Positions 30,484 through 39,781 of a stretch of 64,000 nucleotides of DNA are shown piece by piece. The stretch's first letter is position 1. Each line of letters opens with the position of its first letter. Both the position numbers and the translations under genes were made by a program. This DNA comes from Eubacterium sp. (GTDB lineage: Bacteria > Bacillota > Clostridia > Lachnospirales > Lachnospiraceae), in assembly GCA_017634475.1 (NCBI GenBank), contig JAGBNH010000117.1, forward strand, positions 4,828-68,827, given 5' to 3'. The notes beneath the pieces are model-generated. The model ran no database searches, was not told the DNA's origin, and saw only the letters and a program-made list of their open reading frames with translations.

Positions 30484-31010
30484 TGGCGAAGACAGCAGTG
30501 TATCCCGGAAGCTTTGATCCGGTGACCCTTGGACACCTGGATCTGATACAGCGTGCAGCGGGATTGTTTGACCATGTAGTGGTGGGAGTTCTGGTGAATT
30601 CCGAAAAAAAGTCACCATTGTTTTCTTTAGAAGACCGTGTTATAATGTTGCGTGATGTATGTCGGGGTATTCCGGGCGTTACGGTGGAAAGCTTTGAAGG
30701 GCTTCTCGTGGATTTTGTCCGGTCAAAGGGCGATGCGGTGATCATCCGGGGGCTGAGGGAGCTGATGGATTTTGATATGGAACTGCAGATGGCCCAGGTG
30801 AACCGTATTGCATCCCGGATAACCAGGTCGGAAAACGATGGCACGGAAACCGTTTCGGAGATAGAAACCTTGTTTCTCCCCACGGATCCAAAGTTTTCGC
30901 ATGTCAGTTCCTCGGTTGTTCGTGAATATGCCAGATATCAAGTTCCGCTTCGGGATTTTGTGCCGGAAAATGTTCTGCGCGTCATGATCGAGAAGGGGAT
31001 CGTTCACTGA
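30483..31010 (+). CDS. coaD: pantetheine-phosphate adenylyltransferase
   Basis: YPGSFDPVTLGH, IIRGLR, VSSSVVRE. Confidence 0.96.
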   Translation: MAKTAVYPGSFDPVTLGHLDLIQRAAGLFDHVVVGVLVNSEKKSPLFSLEDRVIMLRDVCRGIPGVTVESFEGLLVDFVRSKGDAVIIRGLRELMDFDMELQMAQVNRIASRITRSENDGTETVSEIETLFLPTDPKFSHVSSSVVREYARYQVPLRDFVPENVLRVMIEKGIVH

Positions 31011-31084
31011 TCAGAAACTTAGTTCCATAACACGATGGATTTGAATCGGGAATACATAATTATCCGAACAGGGAGGATGGAAAA

Positions 31085-31939
31085 ATGGGAAAAAAAGGCG
31101 TTGAGGAAATGATCAATGAGATCGAGATATTTATCGATAACTGTAAATATCAGCCGCTCTCATCCAACAAGATCGTTGTTCCGAAGGATGAATTTGAAAA
31201 GCTGCTCAGCGAGTTGAAGCTTAAGCTCCCCAGCGAGATCGAGCGCTGCAAGAAGATTATGCGCAACAAGGAGGCGATCCTTGCTTCCGCAAGAACCCGT
31301 TCTGACGCGATCATTTCCGAATCTGTAAATGAAGCCAACCGTCTTGTGGATACCAATCATATTACAGAGCTTGCCAATATCCGTGCCAATGAGATCCTGG
31401 AGGCTGCAAGAGCAGAAGCTGACCGTATCCTCTCCGATGCAAATGCAGAGGCAAATGAGGTTCGTCTCGGCGCCATGAACTATACGAAGCAGAAGCTGTC
31501 GGATATGCGGAATTTCTTTGCTGCCACATTGGAAGCAGACCGTGAGAATTACAAGAATCTGATCGACAGCCTGGAGAACAGTGTATTTACCCTGGAGACC
31601 AATATGAGCGAGGTAGATACCAGCATCAGTCTTCTGACCGGCGTTGCACCCGTCCCCACCGTTCCGGCAGCACAGGGCGGTTACGCAAATAACTATCCGG
31701 CGAATCAGACCAATAATTACAATGCGAATGGCTTTGATGATGATCTGGACGACCTGGATGATGACTTTGATCCGGATGAGTTTGATGATGATCTGGACGA
31801 TGATCCTGATGAGGATGTATCCGCAGCAAAGCCGCAGAAGTCTCCGAGGAAGGCAGACAAGGCATCGGATGGATACGATGACTTTGACGATGACGAAGAA
31901 GATGATGATGATTTCGATGATGACTTCTTAGATGAATAA
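31085..31939 (+). CDS. coiled-coil protein of the family found after coaD (DivIVA/ATP synthase b-like), with an Asp-rich tail
   Basis: PLSSNKIVV..LPSEI..A-rich heptads; last ~70 aa mostly D/E. Confidence 0.75.
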   Translation: MGKKGVEEMINEIEIFIDNCKYQPLSSNKIVVPKDEFEKLLSELKLKLPSEIERCKKIMRNKEAILASARTRSDAIISESVNEANRLVDTNHITELANIRANEILEAARAEADRILSDANAEANEVRLGAMNYTKQKLSDMRNFFAATLEADRENYKNLIDSLENSVFTLETNMSEVDTSISLLTGVAPVPTVPAAQGGYANNYPANQTNNYNANGFDDDLDDLDDDFDPDEFDDDLDDDPDEDVSAAKPQKSPRKADKASDGYDDFDDDEEDDDDFDDDFLDE

Positions 31940-31955
31940 GAGGCCGTAAGATAAT

Positions 31956-32008
31956 AAAATGGGCATTTCTTCTTGCGCACAGGATGCGAAAGAGGAAATG
32001 CCTTTTTT
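31956..32008. terminator. bidirectional terminator
   Basis: GGGCATTTCTTCTT...AAGAGGAAATGCCT followed by a T-tract, between convergent genes. Confidence 0.8.
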
Positions 32009-32030
32009 ATGCTGTATGAAATGTGGAAAG

Positions 32031-33293
32031 CTATTCGTCCTGACCAACGATCCGGGGCTTGCTCCGGGATTCGTCCTTCAGCCGTTCTCCTCCGGCGAGG
32101 AAAAGCATCTGATTATAGAGATCCGTGGCATTTTTATCCAGCTGCCAGAGCCGGGCGGCGGAGCCTGTGGGGTCGGGGGAATAGGCGGATCGTTTGGAGA
32201 TGACCGGGATCCGGGCCGTTTCCTGTAATCTGCGGAGAAGATGGGTGCTTTCTCTGCGGGCGCTGAGAAGATTAGCGTAAAAGATGCATCCGTCCTCCTT
32301 CAGTCTGCGCCGGTCCCCGTTGGTGATCCCCAGCATAAGGTGCAGGAGACTGCGGGTGATCCTGCTCATGGTGACGTTTTTGGTATGAAGAGCATTTACT
32401 GCTTCTGTCCAGGTTGCCGGCAGGGGGATATCCATCAGCCGTCGATAGACCGCTGTCGTCATGTCCAGGGGAAGGTCCTCCGGCTCCGGGAGCGGTTCGG
32501 TTCCCCTTCCCGGAGCCGAAAGCAGCCTGGCAGTGAGAAAGGGGGTATACTGATCATCCGTCAGGATCGGAAGGTGGGAAAGGGCTGCATACCGGTCATA
32601 GGATCCCGCCGGCAGTTCCTTCTCCAGTAAGGATCTGCGGTCCTCCGGCGAAAGAGGGATCAGTCTGCTCCGGATGGCGGAAGCGGAGGAAAAACCGGAT
32701 TCACCGCTTTCTGCATGATATTCTCCCATACGACGGATCATCACCGGCCGGATGGAAGAGCCCAGCCGCTTCAGCATGAGGATATATTCAATGCCCAGAA
32801 TGTTGTTGGGACGGCGCAGGAAGCCCCGGACGTCTTCTCCGAGAGCGCAAACAAGGGCATTTTCTCTGGCGGAAGGGAAGGAGAAACCTTCTCTTACGGA
32901 ACGATCCAGAGCGGATCGAAAGGCTGCGGGTTCCGAAAGCAATGTGTCGGTCACCCGGTTAAAGAGCTCAGGGTCAGGGTCCTCCACGCCGAAGCACAGC
33001 CAGTCCACATTTCCCAGAGCATGAAGCAGGGAGACCGCGCCCTCGGCAAAATCACCGGCGCTTCCGGTGGCATAGATCACGGGGATCTCAAATACCAGAT
33101 CGATCCCGGCCTGTGCTGCGGCTGAGGCACGGGAAAGCTTATCGGCCAGCATGGGATGCCCCTGCTGGGAGAAGTTCCCGCTCATTATGCTTATGGCATG
33201 GGATGCGCCGGTAAACCGTTTTGCTTCCTCGAGCAGATAGGCGTGTCCCCGGTGGTAGGGATTATATTCGCTGATGATGGACAGAACAGACAT
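32031..33293 (-). CDS. tmcAL: tRNA(Met) cytidine acetate ligase (HIGH-type nucleotidyltransferase, YlbM-like)
   Basis: EYNPYHRGH, MSGNFSQQG, PNNILGIEY, SASAIR. Confidence 0.88.
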   Translation of the reverse strand: MSVLSIISEYNPYHRGHAYLLEEAKRFTGASHAISIMSGNFSQQGHPMLADKLSRASAAAQAGIDLVFEIPVIYATGSAGDFAEGAVSLLHALGNVDWLCFGVEDPDPELFNRVTDTLLSEPAAFRSALDRSVREGFSFPSARENALVCALGEDVRGFLRRPNNILGIEYILMLKRLGSSIRPVMIRRMGEYHAESGESGFSSASAIRSRLIPLSPEDRRSLLEKELPAGSYDRYAALSHLPILTDDQYTPFLTARLLSAPGRGTEPLPEPEDLPLDMTTAVYRRLMDIPLPATWTEAVNALHTKNVTMSRITRSLLHLMLGITNGDRRRLKEDGCIFYANLLSARRESTHLLRRLQETARIPVISKRSAYSPDPTGSAARLWQLDKNATDLYNQMLFLAGGERLKDESRSKPRIVGQDE

Positions 33294-33453
33294 GGAAACC
33301 CTTCCTTATGGATCGTCATTACATTTGCAAAATGATTATAAGGTATTGAAAAATAAAAAGCAATTATGGTACAATACAAAACGCAAATCATATCTTTTAC
33401 AGTTTCTGAAGATTCTTTTCGCTTTCTTTTATGCGGTATCGTATGATTCCCTA

Positions 33454-33482
33454 TTGACAAGCTGAGGCAGATGGTATAGTAT
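33454..33482 (+). promoter_or_regulatory. sigma-A-type promoter of recA
   Basis: TTGACA-17-TAGTAT (overlapping TG-N-TATAGT). Confidence 0.7.
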
Positions 33483-33492
33483 GGATATTGTT

Positions 33493-33506
33493 CGAACAGA
33501 CGTTTG
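33493..33506. promoter_or_regulatory. LexA (Firmicutes-type SOS/Cheo) box
   Basis: CGAAC-AGAC-GTTTG matches CGAAC-N4-GTTYG, just downstream of the recA promoter. Confidence 0.85.
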
Positions 33507-33588
33507 AATGTTCGACACGAGGTCGCACGCTGCGGCGAAAGTATTCTATGGATTCTATGGATCAATTATTTCATTTTGGGAGGCTTAT

Positions 33589-34698
33589 ATGGCTGGCGGT
33601 AAAACAGAGAACAAGGTTACGGGGAATGTGGACAGTAACAGGGAAATACGGTTAAAGGCGCTGGATGCAGCGCTTGTTCAGATTGAAAAGCAGTTTGGCA
33701 AGGGCTCGGTCATGAAGCTCGGAGACCGGGGAGCGGATATGGGGATCGAAGCTATCCCCACAGGATCCCTCAGCCTGGATATCGCCCTTGGTATCGGCGG
33801 TATGCCCAGAGGTCGTGTGGTGGAGATCTACGGACCTGAATCCAGTGGTAAGACCACGGTGGCCCTTCATGTGATCGCCGAGGTACAGAAGAATGGCGGA
33901 ATAGCCGGATTTATCGATGCGGAGCACGCACTGGATCCGGTTTATGCAAAGAAGATCGGTGTCGATATCGATAATCTTTACATTTCTCAGCCGGATAACG
34001 GCGAACAGGCATTGGAGATCACGGAGACCATGGTGAGATCCGGAGCGATGGATATCGTGGTGATCGACTCCGTGGCTGCGCTTGTTCCGAAGGCGGAGAT
34101 CGACGGGGAGATGGGAGATTCGCATGTGGGTCTTCAGGCAAGACTCATGTCTCAGGCTCTTCGTAAGCTTACGGCAGTGATCAATAAGACGAACTGTGTG
34201 GTGATCTTCATCAATCAGCTCCGTGAGAAGGTGGGTGTGATGTTCGGAAATCCCGAAACCACCACGGGTGGACGCGCGCTGAAGTTTTATTCCTCAGTGC
34301 GACTGGATGTGCGCCGGGTGGAGTCGCTGAAGCAAAACGGCGAGGTCATCGGTAATCACGTCCGGGTAAAGGTAGTAAAGAACAAGGTGGCTCCTCCCTT
34401 CAGAGAAGCAGAGTTTGATATCATGTTTGGACAGGGGATCTCCCGCTCCGGCGATATCCTTGATCTTGCATCGAAATACGACGTGATCGTAAAATCCGGT
34501 GCATGGTATTCCTATCTTGGGGAGAAGATCGGACAGGGACGCGAGAATGCAAAGCAGTATCTGCAGGATAATCCTGAAGTGATGAAGGAGGTTGAGGATA
34601 AGGTACGTGCCATCCTTGGAGTGGGCACGGAGAATGCTTCAACCCCGGCTGCTGAAGCGGATGGGGATACCTTTGATCCGGAGAACGAGAATGAATGA
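33589..34698 (+). CDS. recA: recombinase A
   Basis: [36 protein letters not shown]; SD GGAGG. Confidence 0.99.
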   Translation: MAGGKTENKVTGNVDSNREIRLKALDAALVQIEKQFGKGSVMKLGDRGADMGIEAIPTGSLSLDIALGIGGMPRGRVVEIYGPESSGKTTVALHVIAEVQKNGGIAGFIDAEHALDPVYAKKIGVDIDNLYISQPDNGEQALEITETMVRSGAMDIVVIDSVAALVPKAEIDGEMGDSHVGLQARLMSQALRKLTAVINKTNCVVIFINQLREKVGVMFGNPETTTGGRALKFYSSVRLDVRRVESLKQNGEVIGNHVRVKVVKNKVAPPFREAEFDIMFGQGISRSGDILDLASKYDVIVKSGAWYSYLGEKIGQGRENAKQYLQDNPEVMKEVEDKVRAILGVGTENASTPAAEADGDTFDPENENE

Positions 34699-34870
34699 TT
34701 CTTTCGGGTAAGGCTTCGTCATGTCCCATACCCAGAGGGGCATGATGGTTCCTGAACGGAATTATCTGATCGGGTTCCCAATAACAGATCCTGATCTGTC
34801 GCTTTCGTTTCTGCACTTTGTTTTCAGAATAGATCAAAAGATTTTATCAGAAGACAAAGGAGCAGTCTAT

Positions 34871-35908
34871 ATGAAAACAGAAACACTTCAAAAAGCAGTA
34901 GAAACAAATGAAGACATTGCGCTCATGATCCGGGAAAAGCTTCCGGAGATGCTTAAAGCGCAGATGTTGAAAAATGATCCCGAACTGGATCCGGAGATGT
35001 TGCGTTTCTCCACGGAGGAAATGGTTAAAAACAACGGAACGAAGATGATCGGGATCCAGATGGAAAAGAAGGGTGAGAATCTTTCCCCCTGTATCTATCT
35101 TGAACGGTATCTTCCGGATCATATCTCTGAATTGCAGGAAGATGGATTATGGGAAGATGTGGTGGATCGGCTGACCAGGGATTTTCAATATGCCGCAGAG
35201 ATCGTATCTCCGACGGTGTGCCTGGAGAATAAGGGATCCAGCAGGGAAATGTTTCGAAGGGAAGAGATTCCGGATCATCTGGTACTTTCTGTCGTAAACA
35301 GAGAAATGAATGCCGAAACACTGAAGAAGGGGCCCTATCGGAGCTTCCTGGACCTGGCTATCATCATGGAATGGGAGATCCGATGCGGCGGAAGAAGAGG
35401 CTGTATGCGGGTTTCTCATGAACTCTTTGAATTCTGGGGCCAGACCTTCGATGAGTTATATGATACCGCATTGGAGAATACCATGCGGAGGTATCCGGAA
35501 AGGATCGAAAAGCTGGATGAGGTGATCAAGAATATCTTTTCCGGGCATGGGAATATGGATCCCTGCCAATTCCTTCCCGGGCCCAGTCCCTTTTACTACT
35601 GCGGAACAGATAACGGGCTTTCCGGCAGCGTTGCCGTGATCTATCCGGGCATCGGTAAAAGGATCTATGAAACGGTAGGAGAGGCATATTATCTTATTCC
35701 CTCCAGTATGGATGAGCTTCTGGCCATTCCTGTCGGGTTTGCGTCTGATCCGGAGCAGGAAGAAGGTTCCGGAGAAGAGTCTCCGGCAGATCGATTAAAG
35801 GAGATCATTCAGGAGGTCAATACCGAGGTGCTGAACCGGACGGAAATATTATCGGATTCGCTGTATTACTACTCGGTGGAGGAGGATCGCTTTGAGATCG
35901 TGCAGTAA
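34871..35908 (+). CDS. DUF5688-like hypothetical protein
   Basis: KNNG...SPCIYLE, FLDLAI, YYLIPSS.DELL, V...EILSDSLYYY; SD AAGGAG. Confidence 0.75.
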   Translation: MKTETLQKAVETNEDIALMIREKLPEMLKAQMLKNDPELDPEMLRFSTEEMVKNNGTKMIGIQMEKKGENLSPCIYLERYLPDHISELQEDGLWEDVVDRLTRDFQYAAEIVSPTVCLENKGSSREMFRREEIPDHLVLSVVNREMNAETLKKGPYRSFLDLAIIMEWEIRCGGRRGCMRVSHELFEFWGQTFDELYDTALENTMRRYPERIEKLDEVIKNIFSGHGNMDPCQFLPGPSPFYYCGTDNGLSGSVAVIYPGIGKRIYETVGEAYYLIPSSMDELLAIPVGFASDPEQEEGSGEESPADRLKEIIQEVNTEVLNRTEILSDSLYYYSVEEDRFEIVQ

Positions 35909-35957
35909 AAGAAGCGGATGAAAACTTAATACCTCCCAGGTCGGCCTTCGATTTGCC

Positions 35958-35986
35958 TTGACGTTGTTCCTTCGCTGTGATAAAAT
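35958..35986 (+). promoter_or_regulatory. sigma-A-type promoter of the cold-shock gene
   Basis: TTGACG-17-TAAAAT with TG extension. Confidence 0.75.
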
Positions 35987-36039
35987 GGAATTTGTGCTAC
36001 AGCAGCACGGATTTTATTTTCGTTTTGGAGGACATTAAA

Positions 36040-36240
36040 ATGGCAAAAGGCACAGTGAAATGGTTTAGTGATCAGAAGGGTTATGGATTTATTACCGGTG
36101 AAGATGGAAAGGATGTATTTGTGCATTATTCCGGTCTGAATATGGAAGGATTCAAAACACTTAAGGAAGGACAGAACGTTGAGTATGATGTGACCGATGG
36201 TGACAAAGGACCGCAGGCAACCAACGTTAGTATCGTTTAA
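36040..36240 (+). CDS. cold-shock protein (CspA family)
   Basis: [26 protein letters not shown]. Confidence 0.97.
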   Translation: MAKGTVKWFSDQKGYGFITGEDGKDVFVHYSGLNMEGFKTLKEGQNVEYDVTDGDKGPQATNVSIV

Positions 36241-36271
36241 TAGATAATTATACCGTTTACATGAGAATGCG

Positions 36272-36298
36272 GAGCCGGTCACAAGACCGGCTCTTTTT
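36272..36298 (+). terminator. intrinsic terminator
   Basis: GAGCCGGTC-ACAA-GACCGGCTC-TTTTT. Confidence 0.9.
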
Positions 36299-36299
36299 A

Positions 36300-36328
36300 T
36301 TGACAAATTCATGGTTTAGAAATAGAAT
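36300..36328 (+). promoter_or_regulatory. sigma-A-type promoter
   Basis: TTGACA-17-TAGAAT upstream of the TetR gene. Confidence 0.75.
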
Positions 36329-36399
36329 ATGTGTGTATGGGGTAACGAAAAAAAAACTGTTTTTTGTGCATGTTTAATAAATCTAAAGGGGGATATCTG

Positions 36400-36987
36400 A
36401 TGACAGAGAGTTTCATTTCGACGAAAGATCGAATTATCTCCACTGCCATTGAAATTATAAGTGATTCAGGACTCAGTAGCTTGACGACAAAAACGATTTC
36501 TCAGAAAGCCAATCTTTCGGAACCGTTGCTCTATCGTTTTTACGGCGACGTAAATGAACTGCTTGTAGATGTGGCACAATACTTTTTCCGGTTTGATAAA
36601 GGTATCCGAAAGACGATCCAGTCCAAGCAGGGTACCTGTCTGGAGAAGGTCAAAGCTTACGTAGAAGATTATGCGATCTATTTTGAAAACTATTCGTCGC
36701 TGTCGGTACTTATGCTGCAATATGAGGAATTGCTGCACATTCCTGCTACCAGAGACATCATGGTCGCCGGAGCGGAGGGCAGAAGAGTTTTTGTGACCAA
36801 CCTGTTTCAAGATGCACTGGATGCAGGAGAGATCAGAGATGACTTGAGGTCTGAGGAACTGGCAGATCTGGTGCATGGATATATGCATGCCGCCTGCCTG
36901 AAGCGCAGGTTCGGGATTCATAAGGGAAGCTTCCGGATGGATATGTGTATGTTCATTGAAAAGCTTTGTGAGATTATTGCTAAATAA
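36400..36987 (+). CDS. TetR/AcrR family transcriptional regulator
   Basis: TKDRIISTA...G...LTTKTISQKANLSEPLLYRFY HTH. Confidence 0.9.
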   Translation: MTESFISTKDRIISTAIEIISDSGLSSLTTKTISQKANLSEPLLYRFYGDVNELLVDVAQYFFRFDKGIRKTIQSKQGTCLEKVKAYVEDYAIYFENYSSLSVLMLQYEELLHIPATRDIMVAGAEGRRVFVTNLFQDALDAGEIRDDLRSEELADLVHGYMHAACLKRRFGIHKGSFRMDMCMFIEKLCEIIAK

Positions 36988-37018
36988 GAATCATTATTAC
37001 AGGTTTGGAGGATTGGAA

Positions 37019-37417
37019 ATGAGAGTGTTGGTTGCAGAGGATGATGTTGCGAGCGGAAAGTTCCTCTCGAAGCTGCTTGCCCGCTATGGAGAAGTCACAC
37101 TGACAACGGATGGTATTCAGGCTGTAGATACGTTTGTTGCTGCAGCATCGGAGAAGAATTTTTTTGATCTGGTCTGCCTGGACATTATGATGCCGAAGAT
37201 CGATGGTTATAAGGCCCTTGCTTCTATCCGGGATGCGGAGCGTAAGCTGGGTATACCCCGGATATCCAGATGCAAGGTAGTGATGATCAGTGCGCTGGAT
37301 GAGGATTTTGACGCTTCCTATGCAAGTGAAGATTATGATGATTATATCTGTAAGCCCATTGATGTGACCAGATTTGATGCCATCATAAGAAAGCTTGGTG
37401 TCCTGGAGAAACAGTAA
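37019..37417 (+). CDS. single-domain (CheY-like) response regulator
   Basis: VAEDD, LDIMMPKIDG (phospho-Asp), ISA, YICKP; no output domain. Confidence 0.92.
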   Translation: MRVLVAEDDVASGKFLSKLLARYGEVTLTTDGIQAVDTFVAAASEKNFFDLVCLDIMMPKIDGYKALASIRDAERKLGIPRISRCKVVMISALDEDFDASYASEDYDDYICKPIDVTRFDAIIRKLGVLEKQ

Positions 37418-37445
37418 GAGCATTTTAGGGAAAGAGTTTTGAAGT

Positions 37446-38783
37446 ATGGACATCTTTGATTTTATGCGGGAGCAGGGAGGAAGGAAAGAGTCTCCGCTGG
37501 CAAGGCGTCTTCGTCCGAAGAAGCTTTCGGATGTGGTCGGACAGGAACATATCCTGGGACCGGGAAAGATGCTCACGCGGGCAATCCAGGCGGATAAGCT
37601 GTCTTCGGTGATCCTGTACGGACCACCGGGAACGGGAAAGACCAGCCTGGCTTATGTAATTGCAAATACTACAAAAGCCGAGTTTAAAGAAATCAATGCC
37701 ACTACATCGGGGAAGAAGGATATGGAAGCCGTTGTAGCAGGAGCAAAGGATACCCTCGGTATGTACGGCAGGAAAACCATACTCTTTGTTGATGAGATCC
37801 ATCGATTTAACAAAGCGCAGCAGGATTTCCTGCTTCCTTATGTAGAGGACGGAACGGTCATTCTGATCGGTGCCACAACAGAGAATCCATATTTTGAGGT
37901 CAACGGGGCGTTGATCTCCCGTTCAACGGTATTTCGCCTGAATCCCCTGAATAAAGAGAATATCGCTGTCCTGATCCGGCGGGCTGTTACCGATAAGGAA
38001 CAGGGTATGGGTGCATACAATGCCCGGATCACGGAGGATGCTGTGGACTTCCTGGCGGATATGGCTGAGGGAGATGCCCGGCATGCTCTGAATGCGGTTG
38101 AGCTGGCAATCCTGACCACACCCCCGGATCCCGAGACCGGAAGGATCGAGATCACCGTGCCGGTGGCGGAGGAATGCATCCAGCGAAGAAATATCCATTA
38201 CGATAAGGAAGGCGATAATCATTACGATACCATTTCCGCCTTCATCAAATCCATGAGAGGATCGGATCCGGACGCTGCGGTCTATTATCTTGCGAAGATG
38301 CTGTATGCAGGGGAAAGCGTTACCTTTATCGCCAGACGGATCATGATCTGTGCCAGTGAGGATGTGGGAAATGCAGATCCTCAGGCGCTTATGGTGGCGG
38401 TCGCAGCTGCCCAGGCAGTGGAACGGGTGGGACTTCCCGAGTCCCAGCTGATCCTGGCCCATGCAGCAACCTATGTGGCCTGCGCACCCAAGAGTAATGC
38501 GGTGACGAATGCCATTTTCGCAGCCGGTGAAGCGGTGAAGAAATACGGAAATGCCGAGGTGCCGCTGCATCTTCGGGATGCTCATTATGAAGGCTCAAAG
38601 GAACTGGGACATGTGGGATATCAATATGCCCATGATTATCCCGAGCACTATGTGAAGCAGCAATATCTTCCGGATGTGCTGTTGGGTACAAGGTTCTATG
38701 AACCTACGGAAATGGGGCAGGAAAAAAGGATCGGTTCCTGGCTCCGTCATCTCAGAGGAGATGCGGACGGAAATGACGGATAA
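37446..38783 (+). CDS. rarA: replication-associated recombination protein A (RarA/MgsA)
   Basis: GPPGTGKT, DEIHRFNKAQQD, SAFIKSMRGSDPDAA, ASEDVGNADP. Confidence 0.96.
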   Translation: MDIFDFMREQGGRKESPLARRLRPKKLSDVVGQEHILGPGKMLTRAIQADKLSSVILYGPPGTGKTSLAYVIANTTKAEFKEINATTSGKKDMEAVVAGAKDTLGMYGRKTILFVDEIHRFNKAQQDFLLPYVEDGTVILIGATTENPYFEVNGALISRSTVFRLNPLNKENIAVLIRRAVTDKEQGMGAYNARITEDAVDFLADMAEGDARHALNAVELAILTTPPDPETGRIEITVPVAEECIQRRNIHYDKEGDNHYDTISAFIKSMRGSDPDAAVYYLAKMLYAGESVTFIARRIMICASEDVGNADPQALMVAVAAAQAVERVGLPESQLILAHAATYVACAPKSNAVTNAIFAAGEAVKKYGNAEVPLHLRDAHYEGSKELGHVGYQYAHDYPEHYVKQQYLPDVLLGTRFYEPTEMGQEKRIGSWLRHLRGDADGNDG

Positions 38784-38805
38784 GGAGTATAGATAGGAAT
38801 TAGGG

Positions 38806-39117
38806 ATGGGAAATAAAACGCTGAAAGAAAAAGCGGATTCGGTGAAAAATATAGATGAAGAGGTGATCCGGAGCAAACCGGAAGAAAATGGGGAAGCAGA
38901 GGGATTGGAGGTTCAGGCGGCCGGCGGTAAGAAAAAGAGCGCGGTTTCCCGGGTTCTGGCGATCCTGGCCCTGGCTGTTCTTGCCGCTTTATTTGTCTGG
39001 TTTATCATCTGCCTCATCACCGGAAGCCAGTATACCATGGCAGTGCTTTTCTGCCTGATCATTTATCCAATCCTTCTTTACATCGCTCTTTGGCTGAAAA
39101 AGGTTTTTTCTTCTTGA
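38806..39117 (+). CDS. small membrane protein with two C-terminal TMs
   Basis: Charged N-terminus followed by two hydrophobic helices. Confidence 0.65.
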   Translation: MGNKTLKEKADSVKNIDEEVIRSKPEENGEAEGLEVQAAGGKKKSAVSRVLAILALAVLAALFVWFIICLITGSQYTMAVLFCLIIYPILLYIALWLKKVFSS

Positions 39118-39142
39118 AACAGGGAAAACCATCTGATATAAT
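39114..39142 (+). promoter_or_regulatory. sigma-A-type promoter
   Basis: TTGAAA-17-TATAAT with TG extension. Confidence 0.75.
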
Positions 39143-39195
39143 GGGCGTTGTTTTTATGTGATCGAACATTATTTATGACAAAAAGGAGATAGATT

Positions 39196-39702
39196 ATGGG
39201 ACTTCTGAAGGACTGGCGGGATCACGCATACGGCCTTGACGAGCGGACACCGGAAGGACAGAATTTCTGGAAAGAGTATTTTACGGTTGAGAAGGGGATC
39301 TACGAGAAGCTGCTGGCTGATCCCAAGCAGGTAGTTGAGGGAACCATCCCGGAGCTTGCTGAACGTTACGGCACGGACATTGAGACCATGACCGGATTCA
39401 TGGATGGTATCGATGAAAGTCTGATCACATCCAATGATCTGGACAATGTTACGGAGGAGACCAAGGTTGTCATCCGTATCGATCCCGAGAAGCTGTATAT
39501 GAACATGGTTCAGTGTAATGCAGAATGGCTGTATACACTGCCGCAGTGGGATGCCATCTTTACCAAGGAGAAGCAGGAGGAGCTTTATAAGAAGGAGAAG
39601 TCCTCTCATACGGTGATCAAGCCGCCGAAGATCGGACGTAATGATCCCTGTCCCTGCGGATCCGGCAAGAAGTATAAGAAGTGCTGTGGTGCAAATCTTT
39701 AA
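39196..39702 (+). CDS. SEC-C motif protein
   Basis: C-terminal [21 protein letters not shown]. Confidence 0.93.
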   Translation: MGLLKDWRDHAYGLDERTPEGQNFWKEYFTVEKGIYEKLLADPKQVVEGTIPELAERYGTDIETMTGFMDGIDESLITSNDLDNVTEETKVVIRIDPEKLYMNMVQCNAEWLYTLPQWDAIFTKEKQEELYKKEKSSHTVIKPPKIGRNDPCPCGSGKKYKKCCGANL

Positions 39703-39730
39703 TTTGGAATTCTCTGTCGAATGAATTACC

Positions 39731-39760
39731 GAGAGTTGCTGCTATGCAGCAGCTCTCTTT
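39731..39760 (+). terminator. intrinsic terminator
   Basis: GAGAGTTGCTGC-TAT-GCAGCAGCTCTC-TTT. Confidence 0.75.
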
Positions 39761-39781
39761 CTCTATGTGCGAGGCAGGATT

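Noticed and set aside
33543-33560. ATTCTATGG direct duplication in the recA leader
   Set aside because: Only two 9-bp copies with no recognisable function.
39758-39780. GTGCG after the SEC-C gene terminator as a second group II intron 5' end
   Set aside because: It lies 9 nt from the stem, has no further intron-like sequence, and runs straight into the helicase SD.
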